A DNA stretch of 64,000 bases. Source: Octopus sinensis (taxonomy: Eukaryota). The notes beneath the pieces were generated by a model. It ran no database searches and had not been told where the DNA came from. It saw nothing but the letters and a program-made list of their open reading frames with translations. Location: NCBI RefSeq assembly GCF_006345805.1, contig NC_043001.1, positions 69,502,001 through 69,566,000 on the forward strand, written 5' to 3'. The first letter of the stretch is position 1; every line of letters starts with the position of its first letter. The translations under genes were made by a program, and so were the position numbers. Shown piece after piece: positions 1-10,951 of the stretch.

Positions 1-1793
1 CTTCTTTCTTCTTTCTTCTGTTCCCTGGCCTCTTCGATGTATCGTCAGCGAGTGTCAGCCCGTGACTGACTGACTTGTCAAATTTTTCCCTTTAAATACC
101 TGCCGCTAGATTCCAGCAGGCAGCCCCAGGAAGTTGTCACGTGACACTGTCTCACCTTAACGGACTAGTGAAGGTGCGTAATTTTAGCCCGCACATTTTC
201 TAAACGACAGTCACCTGTCAGGCAGCGAAGCTGATTCAATGTCAGCTTGTCTCACCTAATGATGTTATTTCCCGCCGGCATGTTATGACTTTCAGGCCTT
301 TTTCGGTCTTCCCGCTTCAGCCATATATAGAAGCTGGCTTTTTCGACCGCCTCCTGTGCTCTCCTTATCAGGTTTCGCAGCTCGGAGATAGAAAAAACAA
401 ATCTTCTTTTGCAAAGCGTTGTCATCTCCCTTTCAATGAAGCCTCTAGCCTCCACTGCCAGGTGATAATCGACGTTCCATCACTCTTCGCTGCATTATTC
501 GATTAGCTTTTCGTACATCTTCACCTTTTGTTCCTCTGCATTGCCGATGCTCTGTTCCCAAGGTACCGTCTGTTCTAGTAAAATTCCTATTCTTCTGTCT
601 CTGTTCCATAGGACTAAATCCGGTCTTTTTGTTGTTTTTATTAGTGGAAATATTACTTGTCTTTCCAAGTCCGTGGCCACCTCCCAGTATCCCTTCCATC
701 ATTCGTCTATCTCGTATACTTAACTTGTAGGCCTGGTTTTATATCCTTTTCCCTCCTTGTGGAAGTATACTTTCCTGCGCTTTTCTACTTTTGGGTACTC
801 TCTCCTATTGTACCTCTCGATCTTCTCCTTGAGTGCTGCGCTTATGACGCCGAGGACTTGATTATGCCGCCATGTATATCTTTCTAGTGCTAGTCTGCAA
901 CTTGACAGAACATGTCTAACCGTCGCTTTCTCTCCGCATCTACACTCATCGGTTGTTTTTATGTTCCAGCGGACTAAGTTCGCCGGTGAGTGTAGAACAT
1001 CGAAGGTAGACTTGATCAGGAAGGATGTTCTTGCTTGTTCCCAAGCCCAAAGTTCCTTCCATGATATTCTGCGGTTGATCACATATTCCTCCCATCTCAG
1101 GCACTGTCCCTGTTGATTGCATTGCACCAAATGTACATTTCGCCTTTCTTCTTCCTCTTTTCTCGCTTCGTATACCACTGCCATTTTCATCTATTTTACA
1201 CTGCTCTTGCAAAATGGCCTGAAATTTTGCGACCCTAGGCCGGTTCTTGCTTCTTGCGTCGCTCCGACTATATCTGCGTGCCTTAGTTTTCCGATTGCCC
1301 TGTTTACTACCATTGGAACGTTTCCCAGATGCTCTGATCTTTTGAATACCTTAGCATCATTACTGTCCTTGCTTTTCCTGCCTTATATTCTTCGGCGATT
1401 GATGTTATTGGTAGTTGCAGCACGGGTTTTCCATATAGTGCAGTTGTATTCAGGGGGCAGACCAAGCCATTTTCTGATAAACACACTGCATTTTTGTTCC
1501 ATCCTTTCTACTCTAATCGAGGCTATTTCGTACATTTACAATGGCCACATTATTCTTGGGTACAGCCCAAATTGCAGTATCCAACATTTGAATTTTCCCG
1601 GCAGCGTTGTTCTGTCAATTGCCTTTAATCTTTGTTCTAAATCGTGTGTTTCTTTCCCTTGGGTCTTATCATTTAATAAATCTCTATACCATCTGCCGAG
1701 ACTCTTTACTGGTTGTTCTTTCAGCGTTGGTATATCTTCACTTCCTATCCTAAATTTCACTTCTTCTTGCTTTGCGTTCACGATAGCCACGCT

Positions 1794-1797
<4 letters not shown>
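1..1797 (-). mobile_element. 5'-truncated, frameshifted non-LTR retrotransposon 3' part (HERO-like, RLE endonuclease)
   Basis: Minus-strand pieces in the expected order: RT C-terminus PVKSLGRWY...LPGKFKCWILQFGLYPRIMWPL (1536-1790); CCHC knuckle CRCGEKATVRHVLSSC..RYTWRHNQVL (720-1190); RLE motif RPDLVLW...LEQTVPWE (495-680); C-terminus ARGFI...EKASFYIWLKR (252-455). Simple AGAAGAA-type tail at 1-20. The 5' break abuts (TA)n. Confidence 0.8.
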
Positions 1798-1864
<67 letters not shown>

Positions 1865-1871
1865 ATATAAT

Positions 1872-2075
1872 GATAAAGGGTAAAATTAATTAATTAAGAA
1901 GTAGTCAGTAATTTCACCAAGTAGAATTCGGCATGAAAAAGACCATTTCATGGTAAGTTTAAGTGATATTTTATAATTAGGGTTCAGCAAAGATTTGCTT
2001 CACCACATACCGAAATTTAGAAATAGGAGTCAAAAAATCTTAGCTATTCCTTCTACTTTAAAAGAAAAAACCAGA
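1872..2075 (+). repeat. Diverged partial relative of the 540-bp array unit
   Basis: AGGGTAAAATTAATTAATT..AATTTCACCAAGT..GACCATTTCA..CACATACCGAA..TTAGAAATAG aligns by eye with the unit start at 7711/8248. It follows a (TA)n tract. Confidence 0.5.
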
Positions 2076-2167
2076 AAACCAGAAAACCAGAAAAACCAAA
2101 GTTCTTGAAAACAATCCACGCAGGCAAACATACATGCATGATATATATATATATATATATATATATA

Positions 2168-2761
2168 TTGATATTAAAATTAATATTAATTTATCTCCCT
2201 CATTATTTAAATATTGAAATAAATACGTTCTCTAGTAGCAAGCTCTAACCGCAGTGAATTATTTACTGCAGTTCTTCGCTTCAGGAATTTTTTAGCGCGC
2301 CGGAACTAAGACATTTGAAATTGTATACCTAATGTAATCGGTAAAACTAAACACGTGTCTGTTTTGGCACAGAAAGCTGGGGTTATTTTTGCGGATTGCA
2401 TTTACACTGAACGATTGTACTGATGAGGCCACGGACATTTGAATTATATAAGTAATTCTTTTGTTAAAGGCCGAAACCGAGGTATGCAATTAATTCTGTC
2501 TTTTATATAAATTTTCATCTGTCCTGCCCGCCAAATTTGGTTCTGGTGTTCGCTGAATTTTTCCTCTAGAGAACTTTCTTTATAGTTTGATCGTTGATGA
2601 TCTATTTCTAGCATACGGCCGACTACCTAGCAGTCTTGCCCTGTCAATATACACATAGAATTTAGAATTTAGAATTTTCTCTGATTTCTCAGATTTTTTG
2701 TATGCTAGACTACTGGTTTTAAATTGATATTGAAATTAATATTAATTTATCTCCCTCATTA
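2168..2761 (+). mobile_element. ~556-bp hammerhead-bearing monomer with 38-bp terminal direct repeat, between (TA)n tracts (PLE pseudo-LTR or retrozyme-like)
   Basis: TTGATATT(A/G)AAATTAATATTAATTTATCTCCCTCATTAT occurs at 2168 and 2724. It contains an HHR, and the repeat resembles the AATTATAATTAATCTCCCTC junction of the 540-bp unit. Confidence 0.65.
2414..2490 (+). ncRNA. Type I hammerhead ribozyme, intact core
   Basis: Helix I ATTGTA/TGCAAT; core CTGATGA (2420-2426); helix II GGCC/GGCC with a 38-nt loop; GAAAC; helix III ACC-GA-GGT; GTA cleavage triplet (2482-2484). Confidence 0.8.
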
Positions 2762-2823
2762 TATATATATATATATGTGTGTGTGTGTATGTGTATTAGT
2801 ATATACACACATACACACATCTA

Positions 2824-2947
<124 letters not shown>

Positions 2948-3039
2948 GATATATATATATATATATATGTATATATGACACAATGAAATGCCTTAACCTC
3001 CAGTAATCATTTCACTTGCTTCCATTTCAACAGTAATAG

Positions 3040-4381
3040 TTAACAGGTACGGAAAAGTATAGAAGCACACCCATCAGTTTTAACTCCCTGAATGTAAATA
3101 CTTAAAAGAAAATAAATGTAAATCAGAAGTCTAGAGAAATGCAATCGATAACCTGACATGGAGGCAAAAAATAACTTTCCGAAAAACAATTGTGACAAAA
3201 CTGATTTCCTTACAATGGGAGAATATATAAATAAGAGCAACAGTAGTGATAATAGCAACACACATACACACACATTGAAAGATACAATCACAACCATAAA
3301 CACCATGTGTACGACCGTGGATAATCGCAGAAAACTCAGAATTTCTATTTAGCGAGCACTTGTCACAAACAACTTGAGAAGTTGTCAAAGATAAACATTT
3401 ACTTTCTTTATCCAACGATGTAAGCAACAATGGTTAAATAGGGAATGGAAATAAATTTACCGTATGAATATAGGAGTGACTTGTGTATGCCCTTCAATGA
3501 TGGTACATATGATGCACTCGCGGAAGTGTGACACAACATATTCATAAGTGGAGGAAGGGAAACGAACAGGTTGGCCCTGTTTGCTTGTCGGTAATGTGGA
3601 TAGTACTATTTCAGTCAAACTACAGACCGAAATTGTAAGATACACAGCAGCATATAAAATGATATCCGTTTCTTTACTACCCACAACGGGCTAAACATAG
3701 AGGGGACAAACAAGGACAGACAAACGGATTAAGTCGATTACATCGACCCCAGTGCGTAACTGGTACTTAATTTATCGACCCCGAAAGGATGAAAGGCAAA
3801 GTCGACCTCGGCGGAATTTGAACTCAGAACGTAACGGCAGACGAAATACAGCTACGCATTTCGCCCGGCGTGCTAACGGTTCTGCCAGCTCGCCGCCTGT
3901 ATAAAATGATATCGACAAGTTTATCACCTTTGTAGTGTATAGTGCATGGTTTGTCAGTGTATGGGCAATAAGGAACCACATAATGCCCGAAGGGTTTGTA
4001 TAGGATTAAAAGTCCTTGTAACCCCTTCGACCCATAGATACATTCCTAAGGGTTGTCTTGTTTTGGAAGAAGGAACGAAGAGCAGACGTTTCATGTTGTA
4101 AAGTAAAATACCCGTTATTACAGTTGTTGTAGCAGAAGATTGTTGAAGATCTAATCTGGAAAGCTGGAAGACTACAAAGGAAAGCTCAGTGGAATCTAGA
4201 TCTCGTATTCACTGCTATTAGATTACTTGAAAAATCCATTTCACCAGATAGTAGCATGTAATGGATAGACAAAGGAAAGTACAGAAAGGTAAATACCACT
4301 CTTATTATATTATACATTTTCACCTATTCATATAACCCCTCAAACGTTCTGGAAATCTAAAGTTATCGTCATCAATACTAT
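3040..4381 (-). CDS. Candidate multi-exon host gene 3' part, product unknown (exons 4381-4324, 4155-4122, 4045-3928, 3605-3461, 3100-3040)
   Basis: AG/GT-bounded, stop-free segments with compatible phases give ...SIDDDNFRFPERLRGYMNRLDLQQSSATTTECIYGSKGLQGLLILYKPFGHYVVPYCPYTDKPCTIHYKVLSTLP...QVTPIFIRIYIQGVKTDGCASILFRTC*. Splice sites were chosen by eye and no family is recognised. Confidence 0.3.
3665..3898 (-). mobile_element. tRNA-derived SINE (family B)
   Basis: Minus strand GGCGGCGAGCTGGCAGAACCGTTAG (A box-like)...GAGTTCAAATTCC (B box-like). Related pieces at 4445-4512 + 5149-5290, 12165-12335 and 30860-30900. Confidence 0.75.
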
Positions 4382-4604
4382 CTGAAATCCAGAAGTAAAT
4401 TATAATACAAATAATACTCATAAAAACAGTTACACATTTTTGTAGTGGGCCAGTTTTAAGGACAGCTGTAAGTCGATAACATCGGCTCCAGTTTTCAACT
4501 GGCACTTATTTTAATACAGTTATATATTTAAGAGATGAGGAATTATGTACATTATTTACATTATTTACATTTGACGGATATTCATCTTCATCTTGTTTGT
4601 TGTT

Positions 4605-4647
4605 AACACATTTCGGCTGATATAACCATCAGCCTTCATCATGTGTC
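4605..4647 (-). ncRNA. Degenerate hammerhead motif (left arm)
   Basis: GACAC-ATGATGA-A-GGCTG...CAGCC-GAAA-TGTGTT: C3 is substituted and helix III is deleted. Confidence 0.4.
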
Positions 4648-4694
4648 TTGGGAAAACTTCGAACCTGGGATCTCATTCCTAAGGGATCTTTCGA

Positions 4695-4774
<80 letters not shown>

Positions 4775-4926
4775 CAGGTCAATGCTTGGAATCGAACTCG
4801 GATTCATGGGGTTAGTAGCCTGCGCTCTTAACCACTACGCCATATGCCCGTGGGCGTAGTGGTTAAGAGTGCAGGCTACTAACCCCAAGATTCCGAGTTC
4901 GATTCCAGGCAGTGACCTGAGTAGTA

Positions 4927-4995
<69 letters not shown>

Positions 4996-5048
4996 GCAAC
5001 ATCGAAAAATATCTTAGGAATTAGAACCCAGGTTAGAAATTTCCCCAA

Positions 5049-5094
5049 GACACCTGATGAAGGCTGGAGGATATATCAGCCGAAAAGTTGTGTT
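5049..5094 (+). ncRNA. Near-intact minimal type I hammerhead motif (right arm)
   Basis: GACAC-CTGATGA-A-GGCTG-gaggatatat-CAGCC-GAAAA-GTT-GTGTT. One substitution (A for C at position 15.2) relative to the minimal PLE-type HHR. Confidence 0.55.
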
Positions 5095-5743
5095 AACAAC
5101 AAACATGATGAGGACAAATATGCATCAAATGTAAATAATGTAAATAATGGCTCTTATTTTATCGACCACAAAAGGATGAAATGCAAAGTCGAACTCAGCA
5201 GAAATTGGTCTCAGATAGTAAAGACATTGAAATGCCGCTAATTACTTTGCCCGGTATTGTAACGCTTCTGTCAGCTCGCTGCCTTAATGCTAATGATAAC
5301 AGTAAAAGACTCTCATTTAGGCTGAAACAAGCAATTATTTATGCAACAGACACCTCATTAAGAATACAATGAACTGTGGAACATGATATGAGAGAGACAG
5401 ATATAAAGAAGAAAAAAGACAACAAAGTGTGGAAAGTAGATTTTATACTATTTACAATTTCCCTAGCTTTTCCACTGGCAGCATTAATGTTGTCGTTGTC
5501 AAGTATAAACCATAAATGGTTTGCTCTGTCTGTAACACTTGCCTGTACTATCACTAATTAATTTTTCGGGCGTGTTCCGAAGGGCCTACTTTATTTCTTG
5601 TGAAAGATATCAGATGCAATGATCTGGAATAAATTTCGAAATGTAACCAACGTATTTAACTATAACAATACCACTAATATATTGTTTGTGTGTTTGCACC
5701 TATAAGTGTACGAGTGTGTGAGTGAATATATACATGATCTGTG

Positions 5744-5803
<60 letters not shown>

Positions 5804-5825
5804 GTATGTATATCAATGTAAATGA

Positions 5826-6152
5826 TCATAGCTCAGTGGCTAGAGTGTCGAGCTTACGATCGTGAGGCTGTGAGTTCGAGTACCGGACCGGGCTGCGTGT
5901 TGTGTTCTTGAGCAAGTCACTTTATTTCACGTTGCTCCAGTTAGCTCAACTGCAGAAATGAGTTGCGACATCACTGGTGCCAAGCTGTATCGGCCTTTGT
6001 CTTTCCCTTAGATAATATCAGTGGTGTGGAGAGAAGAGGCTGGTATGCATGGGCAATTGCTGACCTTCCACAAACAACCTTGCCCGGACTTGTGCCTTGG
6101 AGGGTAACTTTCTAGGTGCAATTCCATGGTCATACATGGCTGAAGGGGGTCT
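5826..6152 (+). mobile_element. tRNA-derived SINE (family C)
   Basis: TAGCTCAGTGG A box, GAGTTCGAGTACC B box-like, and a central GTGTTCTTGAGCAAG..ACTTTA domain. A degenerate relative lies at ~22310-22420. Confidence 0.7.
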
Positions 6153-7655
6153 CCTCATATATATAAATGTGCATGTGTGCGCCTTTGTGTGCCTGTGTGT
6201 TTAGATACCAAGTTATATATAAAACAATTTAATATTACATTGAATAAGTACTCAATATTCGATTATAGAGTATATATAAAACATTTAATAGGAGAAAAAA
6301 GTAAAATATAACTTGTATATGTATGCATCTCTATGTTTATATGTCTTTCTGTCTACCTAGCTCTCTCACTCCTTCTTTCTCTCTCTCTCTCTCTCACTCT
6401 CTCTCTCTCTGTGTCTATCTTTCTCTCTATATATATGTAAGCATAGATATATGTCTGTAGTTATGAAAGTGTGTGAATATGAATATACATATGCGCGTAT
6501 ACCGGGCGTTCTGGCTGAATTTGACAAAGATGTAGAGATAGAGTCCGCATATCATTGAACAGGATGTTAGAGACAATTAAGGCGGTTATGTGCAGCTGCA
6601 ACAAACTATGGTCAAACTCTGCATTGAGACGTTTGCTACTGGAAGACGATATTTGTGGTAACAGGAATCGGCTCGGTGTCATATCTCCGGGAAGAATCAG
6701 ACATGATATTCTGAGAAATGATATTCGGTAAAGTCGTATTTCTACGACTTTACCAACCCCAATTTCTGTCACCTTAATTTCTCTGATTGTAATCGTATTG
6801 ATCGCTATGCGTGGGTCGCGGCTGCGAAAGACACCAGCCGATTTTCTCCCAACACCAAAGTCGAGCCGATGGCTAAGACCAAGGAGGTTTCGAAGGTCGT
6901 CCCAGACACATAATGAGGAATACATACGCCAGATTTCAGTGCTGGAAGCCGAGTGCATCCACTTTGAGTAAACTGTCGTCTCCCAACCAAAGTCTGGTTG
7001 ACTTTCGTGTACTTGTTTGAATCATTGCACAGGTTTCATACTGGCTATTTAGTGGAATAAAACATCTCAAGTACATACATTTTAAATTCTAAGTCTTATT
7101 GTTTTGGCTACTTTGCCAAATTACTATATTAGATGGACGTAAGAAAACCAACACTGGCTGTGAAGCCCTGAAGGACAGACACTAACACAAAGACACACAC
7201 GCTTGTGTTTTTGTGTGTGTACACATATATACATGTGTGTGTGTATCTGTGTGAGTATATATGTATATATTTACTCACAGGTATATATATATATATATCG
7301 GTATATATATATGTATGTATATATGTATATATATAGTGTTACAAGGCTTTCCCAGCAGTACAGTGGTAGATATTTGTTGAAGATGCCATGCCTTATAATC
7401 TATACACTAATGAAGCATGGTTTACACAATACAAAGATGATAAGTAAGTTTTGGATACCATGCCATCGCTAACTACTGAATATTTACTGATAGAGAATAT
7501 CAGTAAATATCAGTGCACAGAGAAAAAATCGTTAGGAATTCGACTCAATAGGAATTTATTTTTACCTCACAAGTTACTCCTACATATATATATACATACA
7601 TACATACATACATACATACATACTACATACATATACATATACATATATGTGTATG

Positions 7656-7712
<57 letters not shown>

Positions 7713-7989
7713 CAACAATTGAGGGCAAAATTAATTAATTATTAATCAATTTCACCAAGTGTTCAGTATGCAAAGGACATTCAAGGCGAATTCAAATTAT
7801 TACATTATATAAAAGGGCTTAGTAAAATAATTACTTTGCCGCATACTGAACTCATTAGAATAGCAGCCAAAAAACTTTTTAAAGCTATTTCTAATACTTA
7901 AAGAATCTCTCTCATATATAGTGTTTGCTTAATTCAACTCACAAAAGTTTGGGGGTAAGGACATCGAAAAATCAAATGCTAAGGTTATT

Positions 7990-8041
7990 TGAGAACGTAC
8001 GTTTCAAGATTAGTCAAAACAACACTTCTATCATCAGCTCA
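7990..8041 (-). ncRNA. Type I hammerhead motif, array unit 1
   Basis: TGAG-CTGATGA-tagaagtgttgttttgactaatctt-GAAAC-GTAC-GTT-CTCA. Helix III is the palindrome AACGTACGTT; helix II is weak. Confidence 0.6.
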
Positions 8042-8533
8042 GAAATTCCTTGGTTTGGATTTGGAAACACTGAAAATAAGAACATACCCTTTCGAAGATC
8101 TGCTCGTAACTAACAGTGCCAACAAATTCAAAAAAGCAAGCGAAGAATCTCTGTTCTCCCTTTCCACCAGCGTGGGTTAAAATCATCAAACACTATTCTT
8201 ATTTCGGTAAAATCCGAAGCATTAATCAGAGGGAGATTAATTATAATTTCAACAATTGAGGGCAAAATTAATTAATTATTAATCAATTTCACCAAGTGTT
8301 CAGTATGCAAAGGGACCATTCAAGGCGAATTCAAATTATTACATTATATAAAAGGGCTTAGTAAAATAAATTACTTTGCCGCATACTGAACTCTCATTAG
8401 AAATAGCAGCCAAAAAACTTTTTAAAGCTATTTCTAATACTTAAAGAAAATCTCTCTCTATATAGTGTTTGCTTAATTCAACTCACAAAAGTTTGGGGGT
8501 AAGGACATCGAAAAATCAAATGCTACGGTTATT

Positions 8534-8587
8534 TGAGAACGTACGTTTCAAGATTAGTCAAAACAACACACTTCTATCATCAGCTCA
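8534..8587 (-). ncRNA. Type I hammerhead motif, array unit 2 (in the loop of the inversion)
   Basis: Same motif with a 2-nt insertion in loop II; core intact. Confidence 0.6.
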
Positions 8588-9065
8588 GAATTCCTTGGTT
8601 TGGATTTGGAAACACTGAAAATGTGAGTTGAATAAAGCAAACACTATATATGAGAGAGATTTTCTTTAAGTATTAGAAATAGCTTTAAAAAAGTTTTTTG
8701 GCTGCTATTTCTAATGAGTTCAGTATGCGGCAAAGTAATTTATTTTACTAAGCCCTTTTATATAATGTAATAATTTGAATTCGCCTTGAATGGTCCCTTT
8801 GCATACTGAACACTTGGTGAAATTGATTAATAATTAATTATTTTGCCCTCAATTGTTGAAATTATAATTAATCTCCCTCTGATTAATGCTTCGGATTTTA
8901 CCGAAATAAGCATAGTGTTTGATGATTTTAACCCGCTGGTGGAAAGGGGAGAACAGAGATTCTTCGCTTGCTTATTTGAATTTGTTGGCACTGTTAGTTA
9001 CGAGCAGATCTTCGAAAGGGTATGTTCTTATTTTCAGTGTTTCCAAATCCAAACCAAGGAATTTC

Positions 9066-9117
9066 TGAGCTGATGATAGAAGTGTTGTTTTGACTAATCT
9101 TGAAACGTACGTTCTCA
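9066..9117 (+). ncRNA. Type I hammerhead motif, array
   Basis: TGAG CTGATGA (9070-9076) ... GAAAC (9102-9106) GTAC GTT CTCA. Confidence 0.6.
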
Positions 9118-10142
9118 AAAACCTTAGCATTTGATTTTCGATGTCCTTACCCCCAAACTTTTGTGAGTTGAATTAAGCAAACACTATATATGAGAGAGAT
9201 TTTCTTTAAGTATTAGAAATAGCTTTAAAAAAGTTTTTTGGCTGCTATTTCTAATGAGTTCAGTATGCGGCAAAGTAATTTATTTTACTAAGCCTTTTAT
9301 ATAATGTAATAATTTGAATTCGCCTTGAATGGTCCCTTTGCATACTGAACACTTGGTGAAATTGATTAATAATTAATTATTTTGCCCTCAATTGTTGAAT
9401 TATAATTAATCTCCTCTGATTAATGCTTCGGATTTTACCGAAATAAGCATAGTGTTTGATGATTTTAACCCACGCTGGTGGAAAGGGGAGAACAGAGATT
9501 CTTCGCTTGCTTATTTGAATTTGTTGGCACTGTTAGTTACGAGCAGATCTTCGAAAGGGTATGTTCTTATTTTCAGTGTTTCCAAATCCAAACCAAGGAA
9601 TTTCTGAGCTGATAGAAGTGTTGTTTTGACTAATCTTGAAACGTACGTTCTCAAATAACCTTAGCATTTGATTTTTCGATGTCCTTACCCCCAAACTTTT
9701 GTGAGTTGAATAAGCAAACACTATATATGAGAGAGATTTTCTTTAAGTATTAGAAATAGCTTAAAAAAAGTTTTTTGGCTGCTATTTCTAATGAGTTCAG
9801 TATGCGGCAAAGTAATTTATTTTACTAAGCCTTTTATATAATGTAATAATTTGAATTCGCCTTGAATGGTCCCTTTGCATACTGAACACTTGGTGAAATT
9901 GATTAATAATTAATTAATTTTGCCCTCAAGTTTTGAAATTATAATTAATCTCCCTCTGATTAATGCTTCGGATTTTACCGAAATAAGCATAGTGTTTGAT
10001 GATTTTAACCCACGCTGGTGGAAAGGGAGAACAGAGATTCTTCGCTTGCTTATTTGAATTGTTGGCACTGTTAGTTACGAGCAGATCTTCGAAAGGGTAT
10101 GTTCTTATTTTCAGTGTTTCCAAATCCAAACCAAGGAATTTC

Positions 10143-10194
10143 TGAGCTGATGATAGAAGTGTTGTTTTGACTAATCTTGAAACGTACGTTCTCA
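10143..10194 (+). ncRNA. Type I hammerhead motif, array
   Basis: Intact core. Sister copies at 9605-9653 (CTGATAGA, 3-nt loss) and 10682-10731 (G of GAAA lost) have broken cores. Confidence 0.6.
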
Positions 10195-10909
10195 AATAAC
10201 CTTAGCATTTGATTTTCGATGTCCTTACCCCCAAACTTTTGTGAGTTGAATTAAGCAAACACTAATATATGAGAGAGATTTTCTTTAAGTATTAGAAATA
10301 GCTTAAAAAAGTTTTTTGGCTGCTATTTCTAATGAGTTCAGTATGCGGCAAAGTAATTTATTTTACTAAGCCCTTTTATATAATGTAATAATTTGAATTC
10401 GCCTTGAATGGTCCCTTTGCATACTGAACACTTGGTGAAATGATTAATAATTAATTAATTTTGCCCTCAATTGTTGAAATTATAATTAATCTCCCTCTGA
10501 TTAATGCTTCGGATTTTACCGAATAAGCATAGTGTTTGATGATTTTAACCCACCTGGTGGAAAGGGGAGAACAGAGATTCTTCGCTTGCTTTTTTGAATT
10601 TGTTGGCACTGTTAGTTACGAGCAGATCTTCGAAAGGTATGTTCTTATTTTCAGTGTTTCCAAATCCAAACCAAGGAATTTTGAGCTGATGATAGAAGTG
10701 TTGTTTTGACTAATCTAAACGTACGTTCTCAAATAACCTTAGCATTTGATTTTCGATGTCCTTACCCCCAAACTTTTGTGAGTTGAATTAAGCAAACACT
10801 ATATATGAGAGAGATTTTCTTTAAGTATTAGAAATAGCTTTAAAAAGTTTTTTTGGCTGCTATTTCTAATGAGTTCAGTATGCGGCAAAGTAATTTATTT
10901 TACTAAGCC

Positions 10910-10951
<42 letters not shown>

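Larger units (their letters stand above)
4551..5148. mobile_element. Head-to-head palindrome of two tRNA-head + (AAT)n + hammerhead-like units, inserted in a family B SINE
   Basis: Arms 4551-4845 and ~4853-5148 are imperfect reverse complements. Each has TGGCGTAGTGG or GGGCGTAGTGG (A box) and GAGTTCGATTCC-type (B box) motifs. The flanking direct repeat GGC(A/T)CTTATTTT lies at 4501-4512 and 5149-5160. Confidence 0.8.
7707..10914. repeat. ~540-bp unit array: ~1.7 units in one orientation (7707-8621) then ~4.25 units inverted (8622-10914), bounded by (TA)n
   Basis: TTCAACAATTGAGGGC at 7711 and 8248; reverse complement TTTTGCCCTC at 8841, 9380, 9918 and 10459 (periods 538-541). Units are near-identical and differ mostly by small indels. 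Confidence 0.92.

Noticed and set aside
1117-1893. 258-aa + strand ORF
   Set aside because: Antisense shadow of the minus-strand retroelement ORF, ending in (TA)n translation.
4853-4920. Possible tRNA gene
   Set aside because: A and B boxes are present but no complete acceptor stem; it is the head of a repeat.
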